A stretch of 64,000 bases of DNA from Amoebidium appalachense (taxonomy: Eukaryota; Protista; Ichthyosporea): NCBI GenBank assembly GCA_963693365.1, contig CAVNZM010000008.1, forward strand, positions 6,024,830-6,088,829. Reading direction: 5' to 3'. The notes under the pieces are model-generated. The model worked only from the letters and a program-made list of their open reading frames with translations. It made no database searches and was not told the DNA's origin. This document shows, piece after piece, positions 50,542 to 63,536 of this stretch (its first letter is position 1; each line of letters starts with the position of its first letter). A program made the position numbers and the translations under genes.

Positions 50542-50728
50542 CCCCTCTCCCCAGCCCCCCCCCCCCCCCCTCTCTCTCTCCAGCCTCCCTCCTTTCTTGT
50601 TCTATATTATGGGCTTAATAGAGAGCTCGGATGCTTTGTAGGAGCCCGACTGATGCTCTACTGATCTTTAGCCGGGCTTCTGTTCACGTTATTAGGCTGC
50701 CTGCAGGTGTTTTGGTCATATATACTAA

Positions 50729-50785
<57 letters not shown>

Positions 50786-51154
50786 TAAATGTAAGCAATT
50801 TTCCTTGAAAATCTTCTATCACTAGTGTGTATAGTATTGAAACCTAGCCTCCGGTTTACCAACCTGGTCATTTCATACCAACTTGGAACGAATTCTAAAC
50901 GGAACAAGTGCACACACTGAGAGTGACACACACACTCTCTCTCTCTCTGAAACCATCAGGCTCTCTCTCTCTCTCGTCCCTCTCTCTTGTCTCGCTCGCT
51001 CTCCCCTCCTCTCTTTCTCCCTCTCACTCTTACGGGTCTTGCTCTGTCTCGATCTTTCTCTCTCCCCTTCTCCCTCCCCCCTCCCTCTCCTGAGCCTCGC
51101 TCTCTGTTGCGGTCTCCGCCCTGTCTTCGTCCCCCCTTCCCCCCTCCCCCCCTC

Positions 51155-51903
51155 TGTTGTTTTGTACGGGTCTAAGGGAGCAGAGTGCACAGAGGTGTCA
51201 TGTAAAACACGACTTACACATTAATGAGAGGGCAATCGGAGTTGTTCACGAGACATTGAAAAGATTTCAAACAACAACTGAATCTTTATTGTGCTCTCGG
51301 TTCCTTTTGTACTTGCGACTTATCACCTTATCACAACTAAAGAGGGAGAACCAATCGGTTCTATCAGAAGATAGAAAAACACATTCCGACAGAGCATACG
51401 CATTCCAACTTCCGATTAAACTAAAGTGTAGAAACTCTTACTTAAATAAATTAAGTAATTATACATCTAGTCACTATTAGCTCACATATATATTTATGTT
51501 CGTCTCTATAAAGAAACTTATTTAAATACATATATTTCCTAAAAGTCGACACTCTCAAAGTGAAGACACTTTGCAATAAACCGAATTCCATATATATCTA
51601 TTGTCCAATCACAACACACATATATTAACAGACAGGAATGCACAACACAATCTACAGATGTACTCGCTCGCGACTATTGGCGAGCCATCCTTTTGAGAAC
51701 AAAACTAGGCCATTTTGAAATAAAGCAAAGACAACGAGTGAGGCTAGCCAATCACGCTACCTCTCAGATAAACAGAGGAGAGCAAACAGAAATAAAATAC
51801 AATAAGTTCTTATCAGGCAAGAGAGCCAGGTGTGCACAGATCTTCAGATATCTGTGCCCACAGAAACAAGGGAGAGAGAGATACGGGGGGGGGGGGGGGG
51901 GGG

Positions 51904-51937
<34 letters not shown>

Positions 51938-52029
51938 ACAAAGGAGGAAAGCAGACACGAATACAAACAAGCTAGGACACATACATACTTCAAGGCTCTT
52001 GCTGTCATACATGGTGACGTATTCCAACA
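51155..52029 (-). repeat. Copia 3' LTR
   Basis: TGTTG..CAACA; by eye differs from the 5' LTR only by a few substitutions and microsatellite length. Confidence 0.95.
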
Positions 52030-52750
52030 TCCCCACTCAAGGGGTTGAAGTTTGTGTTCTCGTGTCTGTTGATGTGACGGTAGATGAGGTCCAAACACAG
52101 GAGGGGCCGTCACACTCAAGTTTCCCCACTCGAGGATGCAAACCGAAGATCCTTGAGGTGGGAAGGAGAGAATCAAAACTGAAGAGGCACACAACGACGG
52201 TTGCCTCTGAAGACTCGAAATAAGAAATCATGGTGGTTATCGGCGATATATATATATATATATAGGAAACACTAGTGTATGTGTGACGTGTTGGTGGCTA
52301 ATGGTTTATACTGGGGACCACCCAGGTAAACACAAGACATGAACATCTTGTGGACTGATTTATAGACTGGTGGTCAACCAGTTAAGACACGGGGAAGGTG
52401 CATCCCGTGGACTAGGTTTAGACTGGCAGTCAACCAGCACGTCATGGCTATAGATAATTATTTATACTGGGACGCCATCCCAGTTCGACATATATATAGG
52501 TCGAATATAGAAGAAAACCAATATATATGGTGGGATATGAATATAAATAAATGACGGATGGGGGAGAATAATTCCCCACTGAAGATGCACACATATGACG
52601 ATGTAAGACTGAGTCCCCACTGATGAAGAGAAACGATGAGGAGTAGTAGACTTTCGTTGGGAGGCATCTTGATCACCGTAGGTGTGTCAACTGCTGTCCA
52701 GGGCCCCAACCTACTCAGAAACCACTCGATGATGAACACCAGTGCACGGG

Positions 52751-55700
52751 TCAGTCACGGAGACTGAGGTTGGCACGGTGTGTGTCGTGGGCCGGACCAG
52801 CCAGAGGCTTGGTGAAGATGTCGGCCAGGTTCTTCTTGGTGTCGATGTAGGTGACAGTGACGTCCCCACTGTTGATGTAGTCCTTGGTGTTGAAGTAACG
52901 AACGGCAATGTGCTTGGTCCGGTGCTTGATGGTGTTGGAGTGGACCAGAGCAATGGTGGACTGATTGTCACAGTACACGGGGGTGGGCTCGGTCATGGGG
53001 TAGCCCAGCTCCTTGAGTAGATCACGGTGCCAGACAACATCTTGCACGGCAGCATTGAGGGCCAGGAGCTCGGCCTCACACGTGGAAGTTGCAGTGATCG
53101 TCTGCAGCTTGGAGTGGTAGGTGACGGGGGAGCCTTCGAGGAGGATGACGTACCCAGACGTGGAACGACGGGTGGTGGGGCAACCAGCAAAGTCAGAATC
53201 CGAGTAGCACTCAAGGATGGGCACCTTGCTGTTGGGGGCTTTCTTCTTGTAGTAGAGGCCGAGGTTGATGGTGCCGAGCAGGTAACGAACGACACGGAGG
53301 AGAAGCTCCCAGGCAGTCTTGGTGGGCTTGGAGCTGAATCGGCCGAGGTAGCCAATGGCATACGAGATGTCAGGCCGGGAGCACCGAGCAACCCACAGCA
53401 GACGGCCGAGGAGTTCACGGTAGGGGACGGTGGTGGGCAGGGATGAGAGGGAGGTCTCGTTGATGATGGTGCCCACGGGGATAGGGGTGGCCTTAGGCTT
53501 GGCATCGACCAGGTTGAAGTCGGTGATGATGTCCTTGATGTAGGAAGACTGCAGCAGCTTGAGGGAGTCACGGGTGTACAGCAGTTGGGTGCCGAGGAAG
53601 ATGTCTGGCAGACCGACCTTGCACTCGGCAGACTTCGTGATGTGACGAACAAGCCCCTGCATGATGGTGGAGTTCCGTGTGCAGGTGATGATGGCATCAT
53701 CAACGTAGTTGCCCGAACGGATGATGTGCCCGTTGGGGAACTGACGGAAGTAGACACACGGATCGGAACGGAGACGGGTGAGGCCGTGGGCAATGAGAAT
53801 AGAGTTGAAGAACTCGTACCATGCCAGGGATGCCTGCTTGAGTCCGTAGAGGGCCTTCTTGAGTTTCCAGACTTTGTGTTCATTGCCAGGGAGGATAAAA
53901 CCAGGAGGTTGCTCCATGTACAAAGTCTCGTCGAGGGGGCTGTTGAGGAAGGCCGTGCTGATGTCGAGTTGATGGATCTCGTGGTCCTGTTGCACACCGA
54001 GGGCAAGCAGGGCACGGACGGAGGAGGACATGACGACGGGGGAAGAGTTTTCACCGTAGTCAACACCGTAGACTTGGGTGAAACCCTTGGCCACACCACG
54101 ACCCTTGATCTTGGTGTCACCAGCAGAGTTGAGGACCTTCTCCGTGACAATCCACTTGAATCGGATGATGTTGGCATCGGAGGGGGGCTCAACTACGTCG
54201 AAGATGTCCTTGTCGATGAAAGCCTTGTACTCGGCAGTGAGGGCAGTTACCACTTCATCACCCTTGGTGCCACAGCACAGCTTCTGAATTGACCGGGGCA
54301 GCTGAGACACATCAAGGCTGGGTCGGGAGATGCTCACCATAGCCATGGCAGGCCGGGAGGAGAGACGGGAGGAACGACGGGGGACGGTACGGAGGGGCTC
54401 AGGGGCCGGGGGGGTGTCTGGGACAGACACTCGGTGGTCGGGGATGGGGGCCTGGAAGCCAGGGATGGGTGCCGTGTTGAGGGGGGAGTTGGATAACACG
54501 GGGCTGGACGGGGCCGAGTGGAACTCCGGAGACCCAGGACGAACCGGGGTGAGATGACCAGGTACGTGGTCATTGACGGCAGGGGCCGGCAGCAGGGGTT
54601 GCTGGCCGGTGGGGGGGGGGGGGTGGGTGGAGCCACGGGGGCAGGTACACGACGGGGGGAACGACGGATAATCACCGACGGAATTTCATCGTCATCGGAA
54701 TTGGAATTTCCGGAATGCAGGGATGAATCGATTGAGGTCGTCTGATTGGTGGCCTGCACAGAAATCTGATTGGATGCCGTGGTGAATTGTGATTCGTCGA
54801 AGACGACATCGCGGTAGAGGTTGACCGTGTTGCCACGTAGATTCATGATCTTGTGGGCTTTGTTGGTGATATCCCAGCCCACGTAGGTGCCGAGTTTGAC
54901 GGTAGAGGCCAACTTGTCTCGTTTGGATGCAGGGACGTGTACATAGGCTGGGCAGCCGAACACGTGCAGGTGGGAGAGGTCAGGCTTGACACCGTAGAAA
55001 ATTTCAAACGGTGTACGGCCATTGGCAGCTCTGGCCGGGGTCACGTTGATGATGTAGGCAGCATGCTTGAGAGCAGCTCCCCACAGCTTGGGGGAAAGGG
55101 AGTCGGCCTTGTCCTGATGAAGGAAGCACCGAACGATCTCCTGCAGATCCCTCATCTTACGTTCAACGAAGCCGTTGAGTTGGGGGCAGTCAACCGGGGC
55201 AAATTCCTGAATGATGCCCTTGGACTGGCAGTACTGCTCCATAGCGTGGGAGATGAACTCGGACCCAGAGTCTGAACGGAAGTGGGTCACCACCTTGTCG
55301 GGTTGCTTGTCAGTAGTCTCAACCAGGGCCTTGACGTATTCGAGAGTTTCGGATCGATCACGGAGGAGGTACACGATGGTGTAGCCGGAGGCATGATCAC
55401 AGGTACACACGAGGGCCACCTTGTAGCCACCATAGGAGGCACAGGGAGGCTCGAAGAAGTCCATGTGCCACTTGGCACCGGGGAAGGGGCACTGGGTTCT
55501 GGTGCCGGAGAATGGGGCCTTGGTGGTCTTGCCGGAGACACAACCGAAGCAGTCAGTGGTGTCAGCCACTGAGAGGGATGAGGGGAGGCCTGTCACGAGG
55601 TCACCTCTCACCATCTTGGTGAGGGTGGACAGGGCACGATGACCGAGACGGTGGTGCCAGAGCTGAGGATCATTGTTGACCTTGACGTTGGCTACCAGAG

Positions 55701-56582
55701 CAGTGACGGTCCGAGGGATGGAGGGACGTATCTCATAGTCAGTGATGAAGTACAGTCCATCTGTGCCTGTGAGGGAACACACGATGTTGCCACCACGAGT
55801 GTAGAGGTATGATGGGAATGCATCCTCATCATCGAGGTGGGCAAGGAGACCCGACTTGGAGGCCATTGAGGGTGATATCAGGAAGGCTGGGGAGTCGGGT
55901 ACATAGAGGGTGTTGAGGCTCAGTACTGATGTTACTCCGTTGTAGGTGACGGCCAGGTTGATGACACCACGGTGATGTGCAGTGACGATGCCGAGGCCGT
56001 GGACGTCAGTCGGGGGGCATGGCCCGGGCTCAAGAGTAGAGAAGTACTCTTTTACTGGGCACACGTGGACGTTTGAAGCCGAGTCCCAGCAGGGGTCCAT
56101 GGGTAGGGAGGCCGTGGTGGACACGAGGGCAAAATGCACCTCTTTTCCAGACTTGGTGTTGGCACGGTGGCGACGGGCAATTGAGCAGCCAGGTTTGTCA
56201 CACTGTGTGACATGATGGTCTTCGTGACAGTAGGCACAGTCGAGGGAGCCAGTGGTCTTGGCTCGGGGTGGCTGGGAATGACGGTTACCCCCTTTACGTG
56301 GGGGGTAGGGTGACCGGGAACGATAGCCGGGGGGAACGGGACCGTGAGTAATCACGGTCAACTGAGGGGGATCGATCGGTGGGACGACCGCGGGGGTGAC
56401 GGGAGACGGAGCTGTCACGTCGGGGGATCCGGTGTCTGAGGTCGTCCTTGGTGAGTACACGGCTTTGCAGGGCACGTGCTGTTCGGACGGTGGAGGAGGA
56501 CCCGGACCCAGAGTCGATGAGACCTTCACGGATCTCTGCAGCTCTGATGTCACTGATTAGACGGTTGTAGGTCTCGTAGTTA
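52751..56582 (-). CDS. Copia polyprotein, C-terminal part (end of gag with zinc knuckle, protease, integrase, RT, RNase H); homopolymer-associated frameshifts
   Basis: CAYCHEDHHVTQC knuckle; WDSASNVH protease; LWHHRLGH, WHMD, RSDSGSEF, NGFVER integrase; QLDISTAFL, KKALYGLKQA, YVDD RT; YSDSDFA, STCEAE, YCDNQS, NLADIFTK RNase H. Frame changes at G runs near 56330 and 54610. Confidence 0.95.
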
Positions 56583-57109
56583 AGGTTTTATTTGTGGAAT
56601 TTATTGACATAAATATTTTTCTGGGTAAACACGTAGGATGGGTGTTCGATATTGACATAACCATGTAGGCTTCGTTTCGTGTTTTAGCAGTTCGCGATTG
56701 GCCGCTCGCACACGGGCACCTATTAGCTAATCAAAACATCAGATTCCACATATCGCTAGACCGATTTTGATTGGTTCGATTCAGATTCACATATCACTGG
56801 ATCGATTTTCAATTGGCTCAGGTCGGTAGGCTTAGGTATATAAGCAAGACAGTTTTCAGCAGATCAGCAAGCTACAAACACATCTTCTGTGTTGAGCACC
56901 TACAGCCCTTACGGCTATACATTTTCTTTTCACACTCCGTGACAACTCTTGACACGAGCTTCTGTCACACCTTGACAATCGTGCCATCCTTGCAAGTTCA
57001 GCTTGCCCTCGTGTCCTCCTCGCAAGTTAGGCTTGCACTCCTGCCAGTTCCGTCCCGGTTAGGGCTAGTCGCCCTACAAGTTCCTCGACACTTCAAGAAG
57101 ATTTCCTGA

Positions 57110-59040
57110 CATGGTCCCTCACGCGCCGCGCCGCTGTGATCTAAGTCCCTACCACTCGTCTAATTTCAAACCCCGTTTTCAATCCCGATGGCCTAGAATT
57201 TCACACCCCGCTTCGATCCGCATTGACTATCCTCGCTCATAGTCCTTGCCCGATTGCCCTTCTGAGTATTCAAATACGGTACTCCAATCGCGTCGCTTAT
57301 GTTAAACCCAGTCAAAGCACCTTGTGCTTTCCTACTGTTCAGGAGTACTGACCCCAAGTCCCTGCCAGAACAGCTTACCGTGTTCAACCCGCCTCCTTCC
57401 CTGTTTTCCCACCCTGTTTCCCGCCATGTCTCCCCCCACCATGACTTCACTGTCGATGGATACCTCACATTCCATTGGTCTGCCCCGCATTCCAGCAGCA
57501 TTTTTTCCTCAGATCACAAGGCCAGCCTCGTCGAGATCTCAGCTACCCCAAACCCTGCACGGCCCCAGTTCCCCTGCAGCTGTTCCCCCCCCTGTTGCCA
57601 CCCGACCCCGGCCAGCTACACATGCTGCCAGGTCCGGTCGTTCCCATCCACGTTTCTGCCCAGCCAGCCTACCGTGCTGCCTGCCCATCCACGTTTCTGC
57701 CCAGCCAGCCTACCGTGCTGCCCGCCCCCGTTTCCAAAGCCCCTGGCCCGACCCAGTTAACCTTCTCCGTCCGGACTTACCTGCCTTTGACCCTGCCTCC
57801 GTCGTGCCTGATCCCAAAACCAATCCCGTCAAAGCCCCTCCTCCCCTCCCTGTTCCGGCTTTCCCAGTAACCCCCGAGCAGCAAGAACCCTCAGGCTCGA
57901 CGCCCCTCCAAACGAATTTCAAATTACGCGACCTCCGCAACCAGCTGCCCAACGCTCCCGCGGGCACTGACGCGCCTCCGGCGGCCCCCACCACCACGGA
58001 CCCTCCAAGCCACTCTCCCCTCTACCCCTGAAGCCCCCCCTCAGGCCTGTCCCATGTAGTACCCCAAGCCCGGCTGTGGTCTAAGACTTGATGGCTTCAC
58101 ACCGCCCCACAAGCCCGGCGGGGGACAAACCCCCAACCGCCCCGACCCGCACCCCGGCCTGGCAACACCGGCCCGATCGGTGGAGCTACCCGCCACGCAC
58201 TACATGAATTTCCACATTTAAGGTCGGTCCTGCGCTAAGCAGCCCTGCCCCCCTCTCCCACGTGTGCCCGCTCTGCTCTGACACACACCCCCGCAAAGAC
58301 TGCAAGCCTAATGCCTAGTCTACGCGCACACCTACACACACAGATAGAACATAGGGGCTAGGAGCTAGGATACACGGGTACAGGGACACGGAGCTCGGGA
58401 GCACGGGCCACTAGGGCTGAGTACAAATTTTTGCAGGCCACCTACGGCGCCCGCGCGCGCCACAGAATACATGTCCCTACACAAAAGACGTTATTCTGGC
58501 CACTGCACATAATTTTACTCCCCACCCATCCCACGAGCCTCCCCCCCCCCCCCTTACACTCACCTAGCACTCCCTCCCCCCCCCCCTTCTAACTCTGTGT
58601 CCGCCCGCATCCCTGCGTGCTCGGGCATCCCCTGCACATGGCCCCGCTGCCCTGCCTGCAACCTCTCTCGGGCCCAGCTGCCCTACTCTAAACCCCCCGG
58701 GGCCCTGCTGCCCCCCCCCCCCCCCCCCCCCCCCCCCGGCTGCCGGGGTCTCCCCGAGGGTGCCCCACCCTTGCTAACCACACCTTCCCCCGAGGCTCAG
58801 ACCCGGAGGCCCAGCCCCCCCTCGGCCACCAGCGCGGCCACCCTCTTCCCGGACCAATTCCTTGCTGAGTTTCCGGTCCTCCGTTCCTCCCCCATCGGCG
58901 CCGTTACTACAAAAACAAGCCCGGGACCCCAGCTCATTCTCGACGCAGGCCCCGGCTGCTACATGGCAGTGGCAGACGTGCAGGCTGCCTTCCGGCACAT
59001 GCCCTCTCCCTTCCCCTGGGCTCAACCCCCCCCCCCCCCC
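57110..59040 (+). pseudogene. Decayed gag (Cys/His finger) and heavily deleted RT of the YR element
   Basis: Pro-rich gag-like region with a 39-bp tandem repeat (~57643-57722); broken finger C..PC..HVCPLCSDTHPRKDC near 58200-58310; RT fragments SSPIGAV and GPGCYMAVADVQAAFRHMP; no recognisable RT catalytic YxDD or RNase H. Confidence 0.7.
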
Positions 59041-59149
59041 CCCCCCCCCCTGATCTTCCCTTCCGGAGCAACGCTGGCAGATTGGCCCCCCACTTTGCTC
59101 CGGCCGTGCTGCTTCGAGCCACCACTACCCTGCAGGAGTGCCAGGCCCT

Positions 59150-60055
59150 GAGTCTCAACCTCGACTCTCGGGCCTTCTACTCCCGGGTGCAGAAAGTGTT
59201 CATCGATTTTTGTGGCATCTCGGCTGCCATCCTCCTCCGGGTCCTACCTCCCGGCCTCCCCACACACCGTGCAGCTCTTTCTTGCCTGGTGTGCCCAACA
59301 AGGGGTACAGGCCTCTTCCTTGGCCGGCTACAATTCGGCTATCACCAGACTCCACCTCGACATGAGACTTCCGGCTCCCTACCCCCACGACAAGTCTCTC
59401 GCCTGGTTCCTACAAGGGGTGGGCAGATGGCAGCTTTTCTCACAACATCCGACCCCGATCATCTCCCAGAGAACCCCCTCCTGCCCTCCCACCTCGGCCT
59501 ACTCCATGGCCAGTGCCCCACCCAGGCCTCCTCAGCCAATCGCCGGCTTTGGACGGCCCTCATCGTCGGTTTTTGTGGTCTCCTCCGTTCGTGGGAATTT
59601 ACCTCCAAGACCCTGACTTCCTTCGACCCGTCCCGTCACGTGAAATGGAAGGACGTGACCTTCAGCTACACCCCCACCAGTACTTTGTCCCATGCCACCC
59701 TCCACCTGCCAACCTCCAAGATGGATGTACAGCCCTAAGTGTCAACGTCACTCTAGCTGCCCTGCCTCTCACCCACTTCTCCCCAGCCCATCTCCTCCGG
59801 CAGTTCCTGGATACGACATCCGGTCAACCTGACGACCCCCTGTTCAGTCTCGGTGGCATTCCCTACACCAAGGGTGTTTTCTCTGACGACTTCCGTGCCC
59901 TCCTCTCCCGGGCAGGCCTCTCACCCTCCCGGTTTGCCGGCCACAGCCTCCGAATTGGGGGGGCCACAGCCCTGGCCGAGGCCGGGGTCGACGACTCCAG
60001 GATCCAACAACTTGGCAGATGATCTTCCGACTGTTCCCTGATCTATACTCGACTT
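59150..60055 (+). pseudogene. Tyrosine recombinase of the YR element, inactivated
   Basis: LWTALIVGFCGLLRSWEF (catalytic R), LPTSKMD (K), GHSLRIGGAT (HxxR), QQLGR*SSDCSLIY (conserved Trp codon now TGA, Tyr retained); several frameshifts. Confidence 0.88.
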
Positions 60056-60794
60056 CGCCGGCCCCCATGGCTGCCACTAACAAACGTGTATTTGTCTCTA
60101 TCCTTAAGTGAAACCTTTGGAGCAAGCATACTGCTCTCGTGCCGTGGTTTACAACCATTGCAGGTTCACTTTCGTCCAAGGGGATGTCCCCCTAGAGGCA
60201 ACACACGTCCCGGAGTAGTTTTCATAGAGGTTTTATTTGTGGAATTTATTGACATAAATATTTTTCTGGGTAAACACGTAGGATGGGTGTTCGATATTGA
60301 CATAACCATGTAGGCTTCGTTTCGTGTTTTAGCAGTTCGCGATTGGCCGCTCGCACACGGGCACCTATTAGCTAATCAAAACATCAGATTCCACATATCG
60401 CTAGACCGATTTTGATTGGTTCGATTCAGATTCACATATCACTGGATCGATTTTCAATTGGCTCAGGTCGGTAGGCTTAGGTATATAAGCAAGACAGTTT
60501 TCAGCAGATCAGCAAGCTACAAACACATCTTCTGTGTTGAGCACCTACAGCCCTTACGGCTATACATTTTCTTTTCACCCACCCACCTACACCCACACTC
60601 ACCCCCATTGATCCACACATGCGTGCTGTTTTTTCACGGGGCGAAGACTTCCCCCGTTTTTTGGGCACAAGGACCTCACGGATCAATAAATTGATGACTG
60701 GGGGCTTGCCGTGGTTTACAACCATTGCAGGTTCACTTTCGTCCAAGGGGATGTCCCCCTAGAGGCAACACACGTCCCGGAGTAGTTTTCATAG

Positions 60795-61396
60795 ATGGTA
60801 CGACGGAAGTAGTCGGCAATCATGGCCTGGATGTCGGTACAAACTAACTTACGGTTCTTCTTGAGGTGGATGAAGAAGTTATCAACCATAGTCTTGTGAG
60901 GAATGGGCTCTTCGAGGATGTGCAGGGTAGTGCACAGACGGCGTGCCATGGTTAGGTAGGCCGTGACGGTCTTGAAGTCTTTGAGTTCAAGCTCATGGTA
61001 GTCGAGGAGGATTTGACGAGCACGATCTTCACGTTCAGCCGCATAGGTCATACGGAGGTTGTGGAAAGCTTGGGCAGGTGACACATCATCGTGGATTTGA
61101 CCAGAGTTATACAGCTCATCATTGGAGACGAGTTGAGTAAACATCTGTTCAAGGAGGTTGGAAGCCTCGGTGTAGGCCTCCTCAGTGTCATAGCCGTGCC
61201 ACTCATTCTCGTCGGAAGGGTCGACCCACTCGGGGGCCTTGATGACGGGCACTAACTTGGCCGCGGTGGTGGTACGTAGGTACCTGAAGATGACGGGTTC
61301 CCACTCATAATAGGTGAGACGTTTGCCGGACTCCTTGTCCGTGGTGTCATCCCCTTTCCAGGGGGTGAGGTTGAGATACGCAGGTTTCTCCGACAT
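60795..61396 (-). CDS. Copia gag, N-terminal part (MSEKPAYL...DYFRRTI), cut by the YR insertion
   Basis: Begins just downstream of the PBS; UBN2/gag-like PAQAFHNLRMTYA..TVTAYL..LCTTL; rejoins 56582 in frame when the insert is removed. Confidence 0.88.
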
Positions 61397-61499
61397 GGTG
61401 ATCAATCAGTCAGATGATGCGTGAGAGAGGAATCAGATCGGTATTCAAATTTGAATATTTTGGATTGCAGCGAGAGTATGTGTTGCGAGAGCGTGCGAA

Positions 61500-61514
61500 A
61501 CTGGGCCCATAACC
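61500..61514 (-). promoter_or_regulatory. Primer-binding site GGTTATGGGCCCAGT (half tRNA-iMet type)
   Basis: Immediately follows the 5' LTR on the minus strand; same sequence as the remembered Drosophila copia PBS. Confidence 0.85.
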
Positions 61515-62261
61515 TGTTGTTTTGTACGGGTCTAAGGGAGCAGAGTGCACAGAGGTGTCATGTAAAACACGACTTACACATTAATGAGAGGGCAATCGGA
61601 GTTGTTCACGAGACATTGAAAAGATTTCAAACAACAACTGAATCTTTATTGTGCTCTCGGTTCCTTTTGTACTTGCGACTTATCACCTTATCACAACTAA
61701 AGAGGGAGAACCAATCGGTTCTATCAGAAGATAGAAAAACACATTCCGACAGAGCATACGCATTCCAACTTCCGATTAAACTAAAGTGTAGAAACTCTTA
61801 CTTAAATAAATTAAGTAATTATACATCTAGTCACTATTAGCTCACATATATATTTATGTTCGTCTCTATAAAGAAACTTATTTAAATACATATATTTCCT
61901 AAAAGTCGACACTCTCAAAGTGAAGACACTTTGCAATAAACCGAATTCCATATATATCTATTGTCCAATCACAACACACATATATTAACAGACAGGAATG
62001 CACAACACAATCTACAGATGTACTCGCTCGCGACTATTGGCGAGCCATCCTTTTGAGAACAAAACTAGGCCATTTTGAAATAAAGGAAAGACAACGAGTG
62101 AGGCTAGCCAATCACGCTACCTCTCAGATAAACAGAGGAGAGCAAACAGAAATAAAATACAATAAGTTCTTATCAGGCAAGAGAGCCAGGTGTGCACAGA
62201 TCTTCAGATATCTGTGCCCACAGAAACAAGGGAGAGAGAGATAGGGGGGGGGGGGGGGGGG

Positions 62262-62301
<40 letters not shown>

Positions 62302-62393
62302 ACAAAGGAGGAAAGCAGACACGAATACAAACAAGCTAGGACACATACATACTTCAAGGCTCTTGCTGTCATACATGGTGACGTATTCCAACA
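61515..62393 (-). repeat. Copia 5' LTR
   Basis: TGTTG..CAACA, 879 bp, adjacent to the PBS. Confidence 0.95.
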
Positions 62394-63191
62394 GTGCTCC
62401 CTTTCACACTAACCCAACCGGGACAGGTATACGTTTATGTTTTTTAATCTTGCCTCGACTGTGCAGTGTAGTATTAATGAGTGTGACTTGAGTTCTTTGC
62501 GGCGGCAAGAGCTGCACAAGAGATTTTCAAAAGAACTTGTTTTCAACCCACTTCAGGCAGCTAATACTTAAAGAATGATTTTAAAACTATTATTATTATT
62601 CTGTGATTCTGTTACCTGTCAGTCTATTATTCTGTCAATGATTATCATGTCATGCTTCAATATAAAGGCATGTTACCGACAAATTTCACACAAAAGAAAT
62701 TTGAAATTTTTTCGCGTTTTTTCTACCCCCGCGCATCTCATGAGGCGCTAGGGTAAACGTTGCATCGGCCGAGAACCTGCGTCAAGACCTATCACCATAC
62801 AAAATTTCAATCGATTTGGGCCAACGATTCCCACGATTTGGACCAACGGTTGTCAAGTTTCTGCATAACATTATGCTCGATTCGCCATAATCTCATAGCC
62901 GATCAACTAGTGAATATTTTTTTGTGTAAAACGTTTCGGTAAAATGCCTAAATCTAGTGTAAAGAAGTGTTTGACCACTAGCTTACTATCGGATAGTCGC
63001 CACCACTTCCTGGAATATGATCGGAGCTTTTTTATGCCATGAATCTCTCCAAAAATAACCATGGTCCCCACGAACATAAATTTTCCTATCTGCCTATCAG
63101 TGACATGAGCAAGTTAACAGCATATTATCACAAGTTGCCAGAATCTGAAGCCAACCTAGGCTATTGCTAATCAGCCTCAAGGGCAACTCAC

Positions 63192-63536
63192 CGATAGTGA
63201 CACCCACAGTCTCACTCGTAGCTCTGCCGCAGTGACCGAAGCTGAAGGTCAAGGTGTCGCCAGGGATGACGCTCAGATCCTGGTACAGAGTGCTGGCTTG
63301 GTTTGCCTGAATCTCAGCGAATTTGCGCCCCTCCAGTGCCGGATAGCTCACGGCACCGACAGTGAAATTATCAGCCCACAACTCGACAACTCCCTCCGTA
63401 CTCCTCCACCCGGGCACACTAGGATCTCCAAAAAAACCTTGTTTCTGTGAAGCATCAAAGGCCGGGTTTTCGAATCCGCCGTTGATGAGGTTGTAGGCAG
63501 ACTCGGTGCATGGGGGAAACTCGTCAGGCGGAAGTG
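63192..63536 (-). CDS. Inverted exon (second beta-sandwich repeat) probably belonging to the + strand gene at 46787-50162
   Basis: CAG acceptor and GTGAGT donor, 345 nt, phase 1-1; encodes LINGGFENP..VPGWRSTEGVVELW..EGRKFAEIQA..TLYQDL..FSFGHCGR..ETVGVTI, paralogous to exon 48128-48469 with the same donor position. Confidence 0.82.

Larger units (their letters stand above)
56583..60794 (+). mobile_element. Tyrosine-recombinase retrotransposon (DIRS order, Ngaro/PAT-like) with split direct repeats; degenerate, probably non-autonomous
   Basis: A1 56583-56933 matches A2 60228-60578 (351 bp); B1 60140-60227 matches B2 60707-60794 (88 bp); order A1-ORFs-B1-A2-spacer-B2; no TSD; gag, RT and YR remnants inside. 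Confidence 0.93.
51155..62393 (-). mobile_element. Ty1/copia LTR retrotransposon in an intron, carrying a nested YR element
   Basis: Near-identical TG...CA LTRs at 51155-52029 (3') and 61515-62393 (5'); PBS at 61500-61514; PPT GAGTGGGGA (minus strand) next to the 3' LTR; domain order gag-PR-IN-RT-RH. Confidence 0.97.

Noticed and set aside
52993-55572. Long overlapping and antisense ORFs in the copia pol region
   Set aside because: Shadow frames produced by strong codon bias in pol; no independent motifs.
59150-60055. This tyrosine recombinase as the enzyme driving the 62394-63892 inversion
   Set aside because: The copy is inactivated, and the breakpoints lie within ~880-bp homologous LTRs, which ordinary homologous recombination explains.
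56583-60578. A1/A2 read as the LTRs of an ordinary LTR retrotransposon
   Set aside because: No TG..CA ends, PBS, PPT or TSD; the B repeats and tyrosine recombinase fit a split-direct-repeat element.
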